A DNA stretch of 64,000 bases from Octopus sinensis. Its lineage: Eukaryota. The DNA lies in the NCBI RefSeq assembly GCF_006345805.1, contig NC_043002.1, positions 116,994,001-117,058,000 on the forward strand, in the 5' to 3' direction. A program made the translations under genes and the position numbers. The notes under the pieces are model-generated. The model was given only the letters and a program-made list of their open reading frames with translations. It searched no databases and was not told the origin of the DNA. Shown in pieces: positions 39,251 through 55,752 of the stretch (positions are counted from its first letter, which is position 1; each line of letters opens with the position of its first letter).

Positions 39251-42200
39251 TGAAAGGATGAGATAGAAGTGAATATGGCCTGATTGAATAAGGCTTGTCT
39301 TTATATAAAACTGTAGGCCATTGATTGAAGTTGTGACAAAGCACTTGTTCTTGGAGTAATTCTGAATTGTATTTGGCTTTCTTAGATGACTATCCCCCAA
39401 AACAGAAATTCGTTTTTATGTAAATTTCTTTCCCTCCTCCACCCTCTATTTTGAGTGTCAGCTCTCAAGACTAAAACAAAAACCATTATTAATTACCAAT
39501 GATCTAACGACCGCACACTTTATAATGTTTGCTTCATTTTTAATGCTAAATGTTTTGGATATACGATATATACATTGTTGATCTCCTACACCATAAACGT
39601 AAACTAAAGACAATGCTTTCTCTCATAAGTATTACCATCAAAGATATTTAAATCTCTTTTATCGATATTCCAGTTTTTTTTTAATAAAGGCTTTAACTAA
39701 TTTGCACTTTCTTTTGAAGTTGCTTCAAGCTTTCTTAGTTAATGCCCCATGAAATAAATGCACTTATAATACCCCAGCTAAATCTTTCACTTCTCCTTGC
39801 ACTGTAGGTTTACCACAAAAGTATTCTATATATATAAACTGTCCTATTTTTCAGAGTTTCATACAAGAGAATTACAGTAATAATCTATTTGAGTAATCGC
39901 ACATATTTTAAGTAACGTTTCAAATCGTGCTATGGTGTACAGTAAAGACAAAAAAATATGTTTATTTTAGTCGAGCATCTATTTGATTCCTTTCTACATT
40001 GTAACAAGCTGTGCGGAAATTAGAGTTCAAATCTTGTAATAAACTGCTACTCTTTCGTTATTGAATGAGTTGGTGTTAAACGTTCGTTCGCTTTAGTTTT
40101 CATATATTACGATTTCTGCCGGATGTGTTTAAGTTAGGTGTTCATATGTCTGTTTAGTAAATGTGATTTTTTGCTTAACTGTTTAGACCGGACTTAATGT
40201 TTAATTTTATACTATTGTGAACTGCATTTGACAAAAATTGATTGATATAGATATCAATTTAAATATTTCTCGTTCATTATTATAGTCTAATTATAATGTC
40301 AGAGTTGTATAGTTTGCGATAGTATATGATAATATTGATATTCCTACCTGCTAATATGTACTAACAAGCTAGGCTACGTTTTTATTTCATCTGCATAGAG
40401 ATATGAAAAGTATTTGGTGGAAAGGAATAGGGCAATTATTTAGCATCTTATATAACGTAACTCGTAGAAAGCTGCATTTACAAGGAACAATCATATCGCA
40501 TTCGCGCCTCGTTAATAGTTGATGTTTTGTATTTGCAAGAAATAGAATTATATACTTCGGTACTAATACTAAAAATTAAAGCCTAAAAAATATTCATTTC
40601 TTAAAATTCTTCTTTTTAAGAAAATGAAGTATTACAATCCTCAAAAAAGAATATTTACTTTACGTATAATGAAACATTTTAGTAACATAATTTGTAATTT
40701 TTAATCGGAGCTATTCAGATAATAAAACAGATATAGCATTATGCTATAGCCAAATCCCATTTTTTTATAAATCATCCTTTTGTTTGAATAAACTAAAACA
40801 AAAGAGGAAGGTAAACCGAAAAGAAAGCTAATAAATGAAATTATATATCTTAAATACAAGTGAAATTATTAGAGCTCATAAATATTTCTGTTTGAAATCA
40901 TTGTTTGGGAGCCATTTAGCGTCCCGCTTTCAAAGAAATGTTTAATATTAATTCGAAATAATTTTTAAAAGAAATAAAAGACAGAAATGACAAAGAAGAA
41001 TATGTGAAAGAAATGGGTTCTGAATCCAATATATGAAAGAGAAGAGCATTAAGATTATATGAGCACAAAGTGAATACAGTTTTGAAGAAAATATATTTAC
41101 AAATTAAAGCTCCTATTTTTCTTTTAAGAAATAGGATAAATTACAGTTTAGATAATGAGCATCTCAAGTGCTAATAAGAAAGCAAAGGTCAATTGAATAT
41201 ATTTCAATTTTAAAAAATTGACTATATGATGTACATTTCGGAAAAAAATCATAATATGACAGTATGAATTTAATTGAAAAGTTGTCTAATTATTCTTTCC
41301 CAAATGTACTTTCAATAGACAATCACAATACAATCCAGTTAGATTGCTTTACTAAATCGTTTGGCTTACTTTAAATTCTATTTACACAGAATATTCACTA
41401 ATTTTCATTAGCTATCTTCATATATAAAAGTGTTGTATAATAAATATTGCCATTCATATCTTTCACTAATTTTGTTCTTAGAACTGTAGGTTCTAAGAAT
41501 TAAATTTTGATGATCTTCCATAAAATATAATTAATGTATCAGTCTTAATGCAGAGAATCGCAAACGATAATTTAACATGCTGCAATTGATAATCTGTGAA
41601 CCACAATCATTTTATAAAAAAAGTGCTTAATATATTTTGTTTGATAATTTAAAAATAATAGTAAAATTGGGTAATGAAGTGAGTAGTAAATAAAGATAAT
41701 AGAATAATATATGAGAAACGGCAATATCAATACAGAAAACTAATGTAATAAGCAATTAATTTTTATTGATATTACCATTTTATGTTCGATTTGCTCGGCG
41801 TGTAGATAAATTAATGTGGTAAAATCAAAATAGAATGTACATAAACCAAACGATATAGTTTTAAATACACTCCAATTCATAAATGTATCAGCGGTTCTTG
41901 TCACTGGAAGTCTTTCTGCACTTGGAAAGCATCAAGTTGGTAGGAAAACATGAACATTTATCAGAGAAGCGTAGTTAGTGTATCAAAGTGTTAATGGTAG
42001 ATAAATTTGAAACTGTTGCAAAGGAAAAAAAAACTACTTACCTTTTCACAAAAGTGTCATTTAAACAAAATAGTTATTTAAAAGATGGCTTTCAAGGACT
42101 TTTCTAATAATTTTAAAGTAATTATTTATGAGACTACCTTACTACCCCCTGAAAACTATATACCTTGATCGATTAAGTATAATATGCAATTCCATTAATG

Positions 42201-42912
42201 TATGCAAAAAGATATATGTTCATTTCACTTCAAATTAATAATAAATATTCGATTGAATAATAAATATTCAATGTGGATAGACCGAATGTTTTAACAGACA
42301 TATTTCTATGGAAATCTGACGTTAAACTTCATATTTCTTTTTATAACTGCCCCATCCTCATGATACACAAGCTCCATAGGAGAAAGACGTTTATCACTTT
42401 TTCCCAAAATCGGTTGCTCTCATTTACTCTTTCTAACTATATAGTTATATGAGTTCTACCATCAAGTAATCAAAGGAGAAAATTGTCTCTACAAGTCACC
42501 TCTTCCAAAATGATGCCCCAAATTTTTGGTTTCTTACTGAATGCACATCAACAGACCTCAGACATTGTTTATGTAGACAAAATACTTATCGTAAATTTAC
42601 TTCCAGGTCTAGTCTTCCAATTCTAGTCCAATTCATGCAACAAATATCCTTCTGAACACACCATTTCCAGTTTAAAAACGAAAAGATGGTTAAACAATTG
42701 AAGCTTAATTTTTTGTCTACTCCAATGTAGATACTTGGTTATAAACTAGCATTTCATTTTGTCACATTTGTACGCCTATGATCAAACATAGTTGTCTGTA
42801 GAAGTTAATTTTATTCCTTCTGTGCCAATATCTTGCACTAAAGAACTTGGATGAATGCAGTCTCCTCTGCATGTAAAACTCTATACCCAATATATCATCC
42901 TTCATTTTCTAG

Positions 42913-42975
42913 ATTTGTGCGTAAATACACTTTAGGGTCATACTTGTTTCATCACCGGAGTACATTAGAATTTTG
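42913..42975 (+). CDS. Candidate internal coding exon of an unidentified gene (phase 2-2)
   Basis: Acceptor ccttcattttctag|A, donor TTTG|gtaagc; open frame FVRKYTLGSYLFHHRSTLEF(C), in phase with the next candidate exon across a 94-nt intron. Confidence 0.45.
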
Positions 42976-43069
42976 GTAAGCTATCTTCTCCGTGATAACA
43001 TGCTTCTATCTATACATCTAATCATTTTATTTACACTCGTGTACATGATATTACTATTTTCCACCTTAG

Positions 43070-43193
43070 CACTTGTCGCACCGGCGCCTTTGCGACAGAT
43101 TTCAACAAAATTCGTCAGGACTGTATATTTATTTTCAAAGAACAAGGACCCAGAATACATTATAGAATGAAGAAGCAAACATTTCATTCGAAA
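43070..43193 (+). CDS. Candidate internal coding exon of an unidentified gene (phase 2-0)
   Basis: Acceptor tattttccaccttag|C, donor AAA|gtatga; open frame TCRTGAFATDFNKIRQDCIFIFKEQGPRIHYRMKKQTFHSK; more GC-rich than flanks. Confidence 0.5.
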
Positions 43194-43843
43194 GTATGAA
43201 TACTGTAAATACATAGGGACGCACATTCACAACATCCATACTTTCCAAACTTGTGGATAACATCTGCTAAAACGTACGTTTTCTACAAAAACTAAGCTTT
43301 GCAAACACTGATGTCATCATAAGAATCACATGTTTATAACACCAAGACAAGATTTTCTACTGCTGAAATTATTATTCAACCAAAACACATATAAGGCTGT
43401 ATTAGAATATTAAGCAGAAACACTAGTTGAACCTAACATATGAACATTCTGCAAGCATGAGACCACTAACATGTTATGTTCTTTTCCACCCCTAATGTAT
43501 ATTTCTCTTTGAATATTTTTCACTCTCTCTCTCTCTCTTTCTCTCTCTCATATACATTACTTGTTATGATTCCATTTCTCTTAATACTACTACACCATTT
43601 TCAACATCGAGAACTATACACTATCCACTAAATTCACAAGATGCATCTATCATCATCTCTTCTGAATCGTCCTAATATTTCCTTCCCGAAGATCTGATTG
43701 TTTTTGGAAATTTTTTTCCCCCATATTGATCCTCAAATTTACGTCATGCAGAAATTCGATCTGAACAAACTGCTTAAAACGATCTATTCTCTATCTTTTT
43801 CTCTCACATACACTCTCACACACGTGCACGCGAGGAGCATCCA

Positions 43844-43881
<38 letters not shown>

Positions 43882-46172
43882 CTCCTTCACTGATAAAATG
43901 ACTCCATGTACTTCTTTGATACATTCTCTGTCGCGTTCGTTATTATTTATAATTACCAAATTAAAACAGTGTCTTATACTAACATTACGCGAAAGCTTTA
44001 AACTTTAATTCGCACAATAGTAATTAATTTTCCGCGGAAATATTTTAATTACTTTAATTTAAATGAAATGATTCCATACTTGTTATACTCTTAAATGTAT
44101 TATCTCATCATAGATTTTATTATATTGCCTCTCTTTTCATATACGTCTTTATATTGATTTCTGATTGCTTGTTGGATATTTTTAGATTTAAACATTATCT
44201 TTTCTCATTTGAATTTTTTTTTTCATATTCCATTATCAAAACGTTGCACACTACTGTGCATCATTTGATTTTGTATAGTTAGTTTGGGTTACATATACAT
44301 GAGTTGAAAAAGGTAACATTACGTTCTTTAAGATTATAAGACACAGTAAGTATAAATTATTTTATTAACAATAAGATTATTTTGCTCGGTTTATTCTTTC
44401 CTGTATCTAGCTAGAAACTACTGCCAAAAATATTACCTGACAATACTTTTTCTGATTTTGAAAGTATTTCTTACTTCTCTGTTTTTATTGCTAATCTCCA
44501 AAGTCGACTTTCATATAATGCTTTTTCAAATTGTAGGTTCTTCAAACATTTATCGAATTTATTCCTATTTTTAAATTGGTTTATTGATAGAATATCAAAA
44601 TTTGACTTTCTTGAAGTTTACATTTCTGTAAATCATACCTCCACAAAACGGGGAACAGAAAGCAAATCAAAAGCATAGTATGTAACCTCATAAGAAAATA
44701 TTCTTAAAATACCAATTAACTATGTGTGTTCGCTTTGCACATTTTCGGTATGACTATGAGCGTTAATGAATTTAACTTCTGGATACTGTTACAATGTTAC
44801 CCTAGTTTTTAAGACTTTAAATGAGGGTTTTCTTCATAATGGGACTATAAAGAAACGCGGTCTACACTGAATGGAAAGGTTGAACTGAATGCATTAACGT
44901 AATCAGCAAATTATGTTTACTTAGTTTCTTTGTAGATTATTTGCCTAGACAGCTGTAAAGATAAGCAATTGCATCACGAAGTCTCTAGATGACACAAAAT
45001 ATTGGCATTTCGAAAATTCATGTACTCAAAATTTCACATGTAACAAGTTGCACAGCGCATCAGTTAATCTGATTCATCTGTACATTTGTAGAGTTATTCC
45101 ATTTATTATGCAAAGTAGCAATGAAAAATGATTTCCATAATAAAAAGATAACACCTTTAATAATGTATACTACAGGATAACAAGCTAATTTCTGCATAAA
45201 TATTGATGTCACAGATCTGAGCCATATTTGGGTGAAATACTTTTAATTTATTGATCACAGTTAATAAGATATATCACAAATCTTTGACCCTTCTATTAAA
45301 TCACTGCTAGTGGACTAGTCATTTCATGAAGCTTTGAATTCCTTTCTGATATCTAATGCCGATACACTTACTTATGTCATCAACATGTCTATCAAAATCT
45401 ATAATGTTACCTTTTATATTTAAAACGGTGTTTGTATTTCTTTCAGTTGCTTTTTCTGTGCTGTGCTCTAAGATGATTTTCAGCTTCTTTGTTTCGTACC
45501 TGACATATATTTGCTGATGTTCTTTTGTGTTATTCACTTGCTAACGTCAGGTCTCAAATATTTACGTTTACGCGTTCGAATAAATACTGTTGACATAGAT
45601 TTTAACTATCTTGTCAAGAAGTTTCAACTAATCTGCTTTCCAAGTATATGTCTGAATGTGTGAATTTTTGGTCTAAAATAAGTAAATATCTAAAAGTGTG
45701 ATCCATAATTGTATATTAATACATGACATAGACACTCCTTTCATCCGGTAGTAGATTGAATCACTAATATTTTGATAAGATTTTACAATCGACAACAGGA
45801 TTCTTGGAAAATGTCCGCTTATCAGCTACAAGTTCTTTATTCTTAGACATGACATTCCTTGCATACAAGTGTGAATACATCCTTTTAACTGACTCAGCAA
45901 CTAATCTGCACTTAAATAAAAGTAGTACACAAAGTAATGTAAATCGTGAGTATAGAGTTTCATACGAATTAATAGGATCATTAAATTATCAACAACCTTA
46001 ACTTGCTCGATATTAAGATAATTCTTTACAAAAGACGTTACATTTTCTCCACATCAGAAGATTCAGTACCATTTGTATTGGTATTGATATAATTGCGTGT
46101 TTGTATGTGTAAAAGCTAATTTGTTTATATATAGAGAGAGACAGAGATATACAAACACACACACATACACAC

Positions 46173-46264
<92 letters not shown>

Positions 46265-46603
46265 ACATGAGGGGTCTTGCTTGTGCATTTATTCATACGA
46301 CATCATAGGATAGACGGGTAATTCGTTGTTATGATGAAACTTTTGAAATCAAAATGTTGGCGGGTGGGGCTGCAGGCTACAGTAAACATTAAGAGTTCAT
46401 TTTCTGGACTGAGACTGGTCTGCATTTAATTTCTAGTTTATATTTAAATTTCCACTTACCGATTCTATTCTAAACATAACTATTATGAATTGTTGCTAAG
46501 GTTAATGTGTGTTTGAGAAATTTTATACAGTATATTTTAAGATTTAAGCCATGCAATGTGTCATTCTTTAGCAATAATTAGAATTTTGAATATTATTATT
46601 ATT

Positions 46604-47157
46604 GAGTGAGAGGGCAGTTCATGCCATCAAAGTGGACACTGGGGTAAAATATACGAAGCCCAATATACCCATCATGACTACCCGTCTGATAAAGGTACAC
46701 CAGGCACATGCATCACAACCATATGTGCGCGACATGGTGATCTCATATCAAGATAAACAGCACATGACCTTGCAGGTGGGGCCCAGTTAGAATTTTCTTC
46801 AGGTTGAGTAGCCCATCCCGCTCAAAAGGTCCCTGAATAAGGGTTGTTGTTTAAGGATGTTGAAAGAACCACCCATGTTTCCAGAGGTGAACTATTCAAA
46901 CCCCAAATAATCCCTATCAACACATGGCTATGATGCTCCCCCACTACTTCTGCTCGTGATCAGAGATGCACATATCGTCAGCCACTAAGGGACATGCTCA
47001 ACTGGTTAAGGTCAAACAACTGACAAGCAAATCTGTGGTATTGAGCAGAATATTTGCTGTAGCCCATCTTTTATACCAAGACAAAACAATGTACATGATA
47101 ACACTTCCAATCAGTTAAGATCAGAAGCCATGAGAGCCACTGCCTGGTACTGCATCA
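46604..47157 (-). mobile_element. Family B, copy 5 (full length)
   Basis: Nearly identical to 30970-31520 with the same two ends; (ATT)n on both sides. Confidence 0.9.
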
Positions 47158-47172
47158 TTATTATTATTATTA

Positions 47173-47279
<107 letters not shown>

Positions 47280-47292
47280 TTATTATTATTAT

Positions 47293-47432
47293 TAAATTCC
47301 ACCGAGGTCGACTTTGCCTTTCTTCCTTTCGGGGTTGATTAAATATATATCTGTTACGCACTGGGGTCGATGTAATCGACTTACGCTTCCCCACAAATTT
47401 CAGGCCTTGTACCTGTAGAAGAAAGGACTATT
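47293..47432 (+). mobile_element. Family A SINE (5'-truncated)
   Basis: aaattccaccgaggtcgactttgcc..ggggtcgatgtaatcgac..gtagaagaaaggactattatt. Confidence 0.85.
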
Positions 47433-47444
47433 ATTATTCTTATT

Positions 47445-48255
47445 ATCACCACTTTATCACATGTTTTGCATGCGTAGCGGGCTTACTACCTGCAGCCTGC
47501 GGTACAATGCTATTCGCTCTTTGCAGCTATCTGCGACTTTCCGAATTATTCTGGCTGTGCCAAGGAGGCACTCTATTCCAATTTCCTTTGTATTCCTCTT
47601 GATGTCTTCTGATACTGTTCCGAAGGATCCAACAATAATTGGCACTATCTTCACCTTCTTCATTTCCCGTAGCCGGGCTATTTCGTACTTTAGAGGGTTG
47701 TATCTACCTATCTTTTCGCCTTCCTTCTTGACTATTCGTGGGTCAAAGGGCCATACAACATCGACTATATAGCATATGTGGTGTACCTTGTCCACCACCA
47801 CTAGGCCTGGTCTGTTATGCTCTAGCACTTGATCTGGTTAGATTGGGAAATCCCAGAGGATTTTGCAAGTCTCTGCCACTTTCTGCAGTTTGTGATCATA
47901 CCATGTCTTGCCTCTCTCTATCTCCTACTTTTCCAATGTACCACTTTCGCACATGGCTGTGTCGCCACAGCTTTTAGTGGTTTTGGGCAAGTCTAGGTTA
48001 TTTGTTCGTGATATGTGTTATGGTTTCACCCACTCTATTGCAGATGCGGCACAGTAGAAACACTTGCTCATTCCTCAGGTTGACCCTCCAGTTCGTGGCC
48101 AAAGCTTAGTCCTGCACTGTCAGTACAGATCTCACGGTTTCTTTTTTTAGGGTTCCTTTCATCAGCCAATCCCATCTATTTTTCCAGCAACTTCTGTTGT
48201 GGAATTGATTGTGTAGTCCCTTATTGCGTAATTCTTCTTCCTGTCCTTTTTTTAT
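47445..48255 (-). mobile_element. R4/Dong-group LINE 3' fragment (CCHC plus restriction-like endonuclease)
   Basis: CRICNRVGETITHIT, then LEHNRPGLVVVDKVHHICYIVDVVWPFDPRIVKKEGEKIGRYNPLKYEIARL..VPIIVGSFG..LLGTARIIRKV. Confidence 0.88.
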
Positions 48256-48256
48256 T

Positions 48257-48290
<34 letters not shown>

Positions 48291-48425
48291 CAAATTCCGC
48301 AGAGGTCGACTTTGCCTTTCATCCCTTCGGGGTCGATTAAATAAGTATCTGTTACGCACGGGGGTCGATGCAATCGACTTACCCTCCCCAAAATTTCAGG
48401 CCTTGTGCCTATAGTAGAAAGGATT
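48291..48425 (+). mobile_element. Family A SINE (5'-truncated) with (ATT)n tail
   Basis: Matches 47293-47432. Confidence 0.85.
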
Positions 48426-48429
48426 ATTA

Positions 48430-48476
<47 letters not shown>

Positions 48477-49493
48477 GATCTATCTATTTAATTATTTATT
48501 TCTGACTGGTTCTTCCTCACAATTAAACTCAAGAAATACAGTTGGTTTTGTTTCATGACTTCCAATCAAAAGATTTGAAACCTTCGAGGAAATCCTGGTA
48601 AGATTATTATATTTTTTATATTTCACGTTTGTTTTTATTACACAATTTCTATACATGCTTTTTAAATTAAAGAAAATATATCAAACCAGTGATACAAAGA
48701 TAATTTCGTAATGAATATCGCCTTCTGTTCATTTTCATTTAGATTAGCTTCTCCAGTTGCATTTATTTTTTCAATGTAATATTCTATTTACATTACACCA
48801 CAATATTAATGACTTTTAATTCAAAAACTGTACTTTGAATTAATGCTAACACTTGCTAATGGAGTCACGCAGATAGAGTAGCAGTCCAAATTATATCAAT
48901 ATATTAAAGATACCTCGTTATTAGATTTATGTGAATTAAGCATATAAATAACAATAATTTTTGTATTATATATTTTTAGATGCGAACACAAAGTAGGGCA
49001 GTAAAATTAGCATCCTCATTGTTTTCTATGTTCTGAATTTATTAAATGTCGTCAGATTTGGTTAAAGCTAATATATCGTACAGAACTTGATTCTAAAAAT
49101 TCAGACTTACATTATAAGATTCAAAGTTTCAAAGCATCATTACTTTTTTTAAAATCCTAATTCACTTGTGACTTATGCTCACTCATCTGTTGTTTCCACC
49201 ATAATGAACATAGGAAAGTGTTCAACAAATTGGGAAATTCGATGGTTTTGAGAAGAGTTAAAAAAATATGGTAATGAATGCACTTTTTCAACAGAATGTA
49301 ATAAAGGGGCCTCATATACTCTAAATTGAATCTATCTAAATGTATTTATTGCACTAACTGTTGAAATTTCATTCTCTCTAAGATTCTGATGCATATTTGA
49401 ATCGGACACTGCTTGGGGACTACGTGTTATATGCATAAAAACAATCATGCTAAACACACAGAGACGAAACACATGCACACACGCACGCACACA

Positions 49494-49524
<31 letters not shown>

Positions 49525-49527
49525 CAC

Positions 49528-49594
<67 letters not shown>

Positions 49595-50226
49595 TCTTTT
49601 AATCATATCTATATGTATGGTGTATGGTGTATTGACAGAATAATTAGACCATTGACAAAACGCTATAAAATATTTAGTTGCGGCCTTTTACATTTTGAAT
49701 TGGAGCTGAAATCTGACATTTCTATTCGTAATCCCAGAACCCATAAAATAAGGTATAATTGTCTTTCACTCTCCATATCAACTATGCTGACCAACTGTTA
49801 TTGCATACCTCTGATCAGAAAAAGGTCACACTATTTAATTTATCCGCATTCGTGGATAAGTAGCTGAATAGCTAACCTTCAGTAATTATTTACAATATAT
49901 AATTACACAATAGTTTAATCAGTCCTTTAATAATGATCATCAAGTAGTCATGTTATCTTAATAACTACAACTTATCTGAGATATTTAGACATTTAATTAC
50001 TAATTTGTGTAATTATAGTCTCCATAACATAAAGGCCTAAAATATGGCTGGTTACGATAATTCAGTTATCACAGCTGTGATATAGAATGAATAAAGATTA
50101 CGTTAATATCACCTCGGCAACCTGTGATACATTGCGTTTCCAACGTTTCCAAATGCGCCAAACTTGGTGATAAATGTTAATATATTTCCACCAATATTCA
50201 ACAATTCTCAATCTGTCCCAATATCG

Positions 50227-50266
<40 letters not shown>

Positions 50267-50375
50267 CTCTTTCACACGACTGAAAATATGCAGAACTAAA
50301 TTCAAGATACGCCGAATTCTTAATACTTAATACTTTGTCACTTAGTTTCAAACTCTCTATGCATCTCACTCTCTG

Positions 50376-50418
<43 letters not shown>

Positions 50419-50825
50419 ACACACGCACACGCACACACACACGTAAACAAACATAGACATACACTGAGCTTCTCTTCTCTCCGTCAGCCTTTCAGTCATT
50501 TTGTATAAATATATGTATACATGAATAACAACTAAGGCACATCCTTGAATAAATATTGTACCATTTTTCCCAGTATGCTTCCATTGAACTACATTTCACA
50601 CCATTAAAAGTACTATTAATCTTTAAATATGTCTGCGACGAAAACAAGCGGCTTTATGATTTGACGTTACTGGGACTCCTCCTTTTGTAAAAGTTAAATA
50701 AGCATGTGTTCTATAACAATGTATTGAGTAATTCTTCAGTTTAATGATACTTATTCTCATCACAACTTTAGACACATTAACATATATATATATATATATT
50801 ATATATATATATATATATATTATAT

Positions 50826-50864
<39 letters not shown>

Positions 50865-50967
50865 CATATACATATATATACATATATATATATACATATA
50901 TATACATATATATATATATACATATATACAATATATACATACATACACACACACACACGAACACACT

Positions 50968-51006
<39 letters not shown>

Positions 51007-51899
51007 TATATATAAATCGTAGCTTGATTCAGCACCACATGACTTAGATTTTCTTGGGTGCCGCCGGACACATCCCTTCATTACACCTTTGAGACAAAGT
51101 GACAAGAGTTTAGAAGAAATGTAAAATCGCTTCTACGAAGAGTTTTAGGCATCCATTGTCGTTAATATTAAAGTGACAATAGTTGCTTTAGTAGTTCGTT
51201 CATAAGATGAAGCCACGAAGATGTTGGTATCACTTTGTCAGCATATTTCAGAATTTGATATTTCGGTGACATATAACTGTTGCCGATAAGGGCAACAGTA
51301 ATGATATATGCCTTGCCACTCTGCATTGGCCAGTTATGTCTATTGCAGGATACCTGTATTATCAGTGACCAAAAGTTTTAGGCTAATTTACAAGGCGAGC
51401 CGATAGAGACAATAATAAGGTAAGTGATTTGGATAGTGCGAGCTGGTGGAATATATGTAAATTCTTATAATGACAACATGAACAATTATTACCTCTCCAT
51501 GAGTGAAGAGATGGCATGTAAAGGATGCTTAGGAAGTAAGGGAAACGAGGAATTGGAATTTCTCTGCCTCTACTGGTATCTATTTGACAGTCTATTACTT
51601 ATTAGTATTGTACCTAAAAGATGAGAGCCATATTCTAAAAAAGAAACAAATTTGGATAATAACAACGACAATTGTTACATATCGAACTTTAGGAAAGTCT
51701 TGCATAATTTTACTGTTCCGTGTGATCCGTGTTAGCCGCTTTCTTTCTTTGCTTGATTACAATCGTTTTCCTAGATTGTGGCTTAGAAATTTACTAACAC
51801 ACAAAGCAAAACGATATTTTACATAAATGTGATGCATTCACAATGTATGAGTGTCCCGTTCATTGATCAGAGGGATAAGTAATCGATGACATACACACA

Positions 51900-54300
<2,401 letters not shown>

Positions 54301-54378
54301 ATAATAAATATACTTATATATGAGTGTGTGCTTGTGTGTGTGTACGTTAATGTCTTGCATGCTCTACCATGTGTAGTA

Positions 54379-54638
54379 AAAAAATAATTAATGCGCCCTT
54401 TTAAAGCCTAGCCAGGCTCATGGGCCCGGTTTCCCGGTTTCAATGGTGTATGTGTTCCCCAGCTGGACGGGACACCAGTCCATCACAGCGTTACTCATAT
54501 TTGTCAGCTGAGTGGAGTGGAGCAACGTGAAATGAAGTGTTTTGTTCAAGAACACAACGCGTCGCCCGGTCCAGGAATCGAAACCAGAATCTTACGATCA
54601 TGATGCTGACACCCTACCACTAAGCCACGCACCTCCAC
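54379..54638 (-). mobile_element. tRNA-derived SINE, second family, with CORE-like middle
   Basis: Minus-strand head GTGGCTTAGTGG (A box) and GGTTTCGATTCC (B box), then TTGTGTTCTTGAACAAAACACTT; 13-bp TSD ACCATGTGTAGTA at 54366-54378 and 54639-54651. Confidence 0.88.
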
Positions 54639-55171
54639 ACCATGTGTAGTACACAATATAAAAGAGAAGGAACGTTGCTGAAATATGACTCCCAGTAAAA
54701 AAAGCAGTTTAGTGACTCACACACCCTACTCTACCACGTGGATCTCCCAATGAAAGAACTGATAAAAGTATCACATGGAAGACAACCTAGTGATGTGAAC
54801 TGTCAAATAGGGTCCTATATACTTTCATACTTTAGCTGGTTTACATTTCTCCTAAATGCAATTCAATCTGTTTCAGAACATCTGATTATGTAGGTGCCTT
54901 CTACGCCCACGAAACTTGAAGTGGTAGAGCTAAATATTTTTAATGAATAATTATAAACACACAAGCATGCAAACACACAAGAAAACATGCACATATGCAT
55001 GCATTGAGCATATTATATATATATATCTATATATATATATATCTATATATATATATACAATAAAATTCAGGGTGAATACTGATAAATGTAAGCACCTGTA
55101 TACGCAGTAGTGTATTGGTGAATAGATAGGATATATGTATCAAAAAGAAAAAACAGGACGCAAAGGATTCT

Positions 55172-55262
55172 GCGGTGGTACATATGTTTCGGGCTTTATT
55201 GAACAGCTTATATCAATGCATATGATATAACAGGTAGGTCAAAAGCCTTCTTCAGCCGCGTA
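55172..55262 (-). ncRNA. Hammerhead ribozyme-like motif with extended helix II
   Basis: Minus strand reads cgcgg CTGAAGA A GGCTTT ..TTATATCA tatgcat TGATATAA.. AAAGCC c GAA ACATATGT A cc. Palindromic helix III; helix I is weak. Confidence 0.65.
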
Positions 55263-55351
55263 CAATTACCCACACAAGGACATATATCACATTATAGCAG
55301 GTTTGAGAAAAGGTTTGGGAAAAAACCGAGTTTCCTTGGGAAAGTAACTCC

Positions 55352-55466
55352 ACATAGGCGTATATGGCATTGCGAGACACCGAAACAAAACGTACATATC
55401 GTTTTCTCTGAGAAAACGATATGGACGTTTTGTTTTGGTGTCTCCCAATGCCATATACGCCTATGT
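55352..55466. other. Near-perfect palindrome (57-bp arms, 1-nt spacer)
   Basis: 55352-55408 is the reverse complement of 55410-55466 with 3 differences. Confidence 0.95.
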
Positions 55467-55502
55467 ATATTATGCCATATACGCCTATATATATATATAT
55501 AT

Positions 55503-55536
<34 letters not shown>

Positions 55537-55707
55537 ATCCAACACTCACACATGCCCGTCTGTCATTCTATATATTTAGATTTTTATAAATATATTAAAT
55601 ATACATTTATAAATTTATGTAATTTATGTAAAGTTTTACATTGTATATATGTGTGTGAACGTGTGAGTGTGCGTATGTATGTATGTATGTTAGTATCTTA
55701 TATCTAG

Positions 55708-55752
<45 letters not shown>

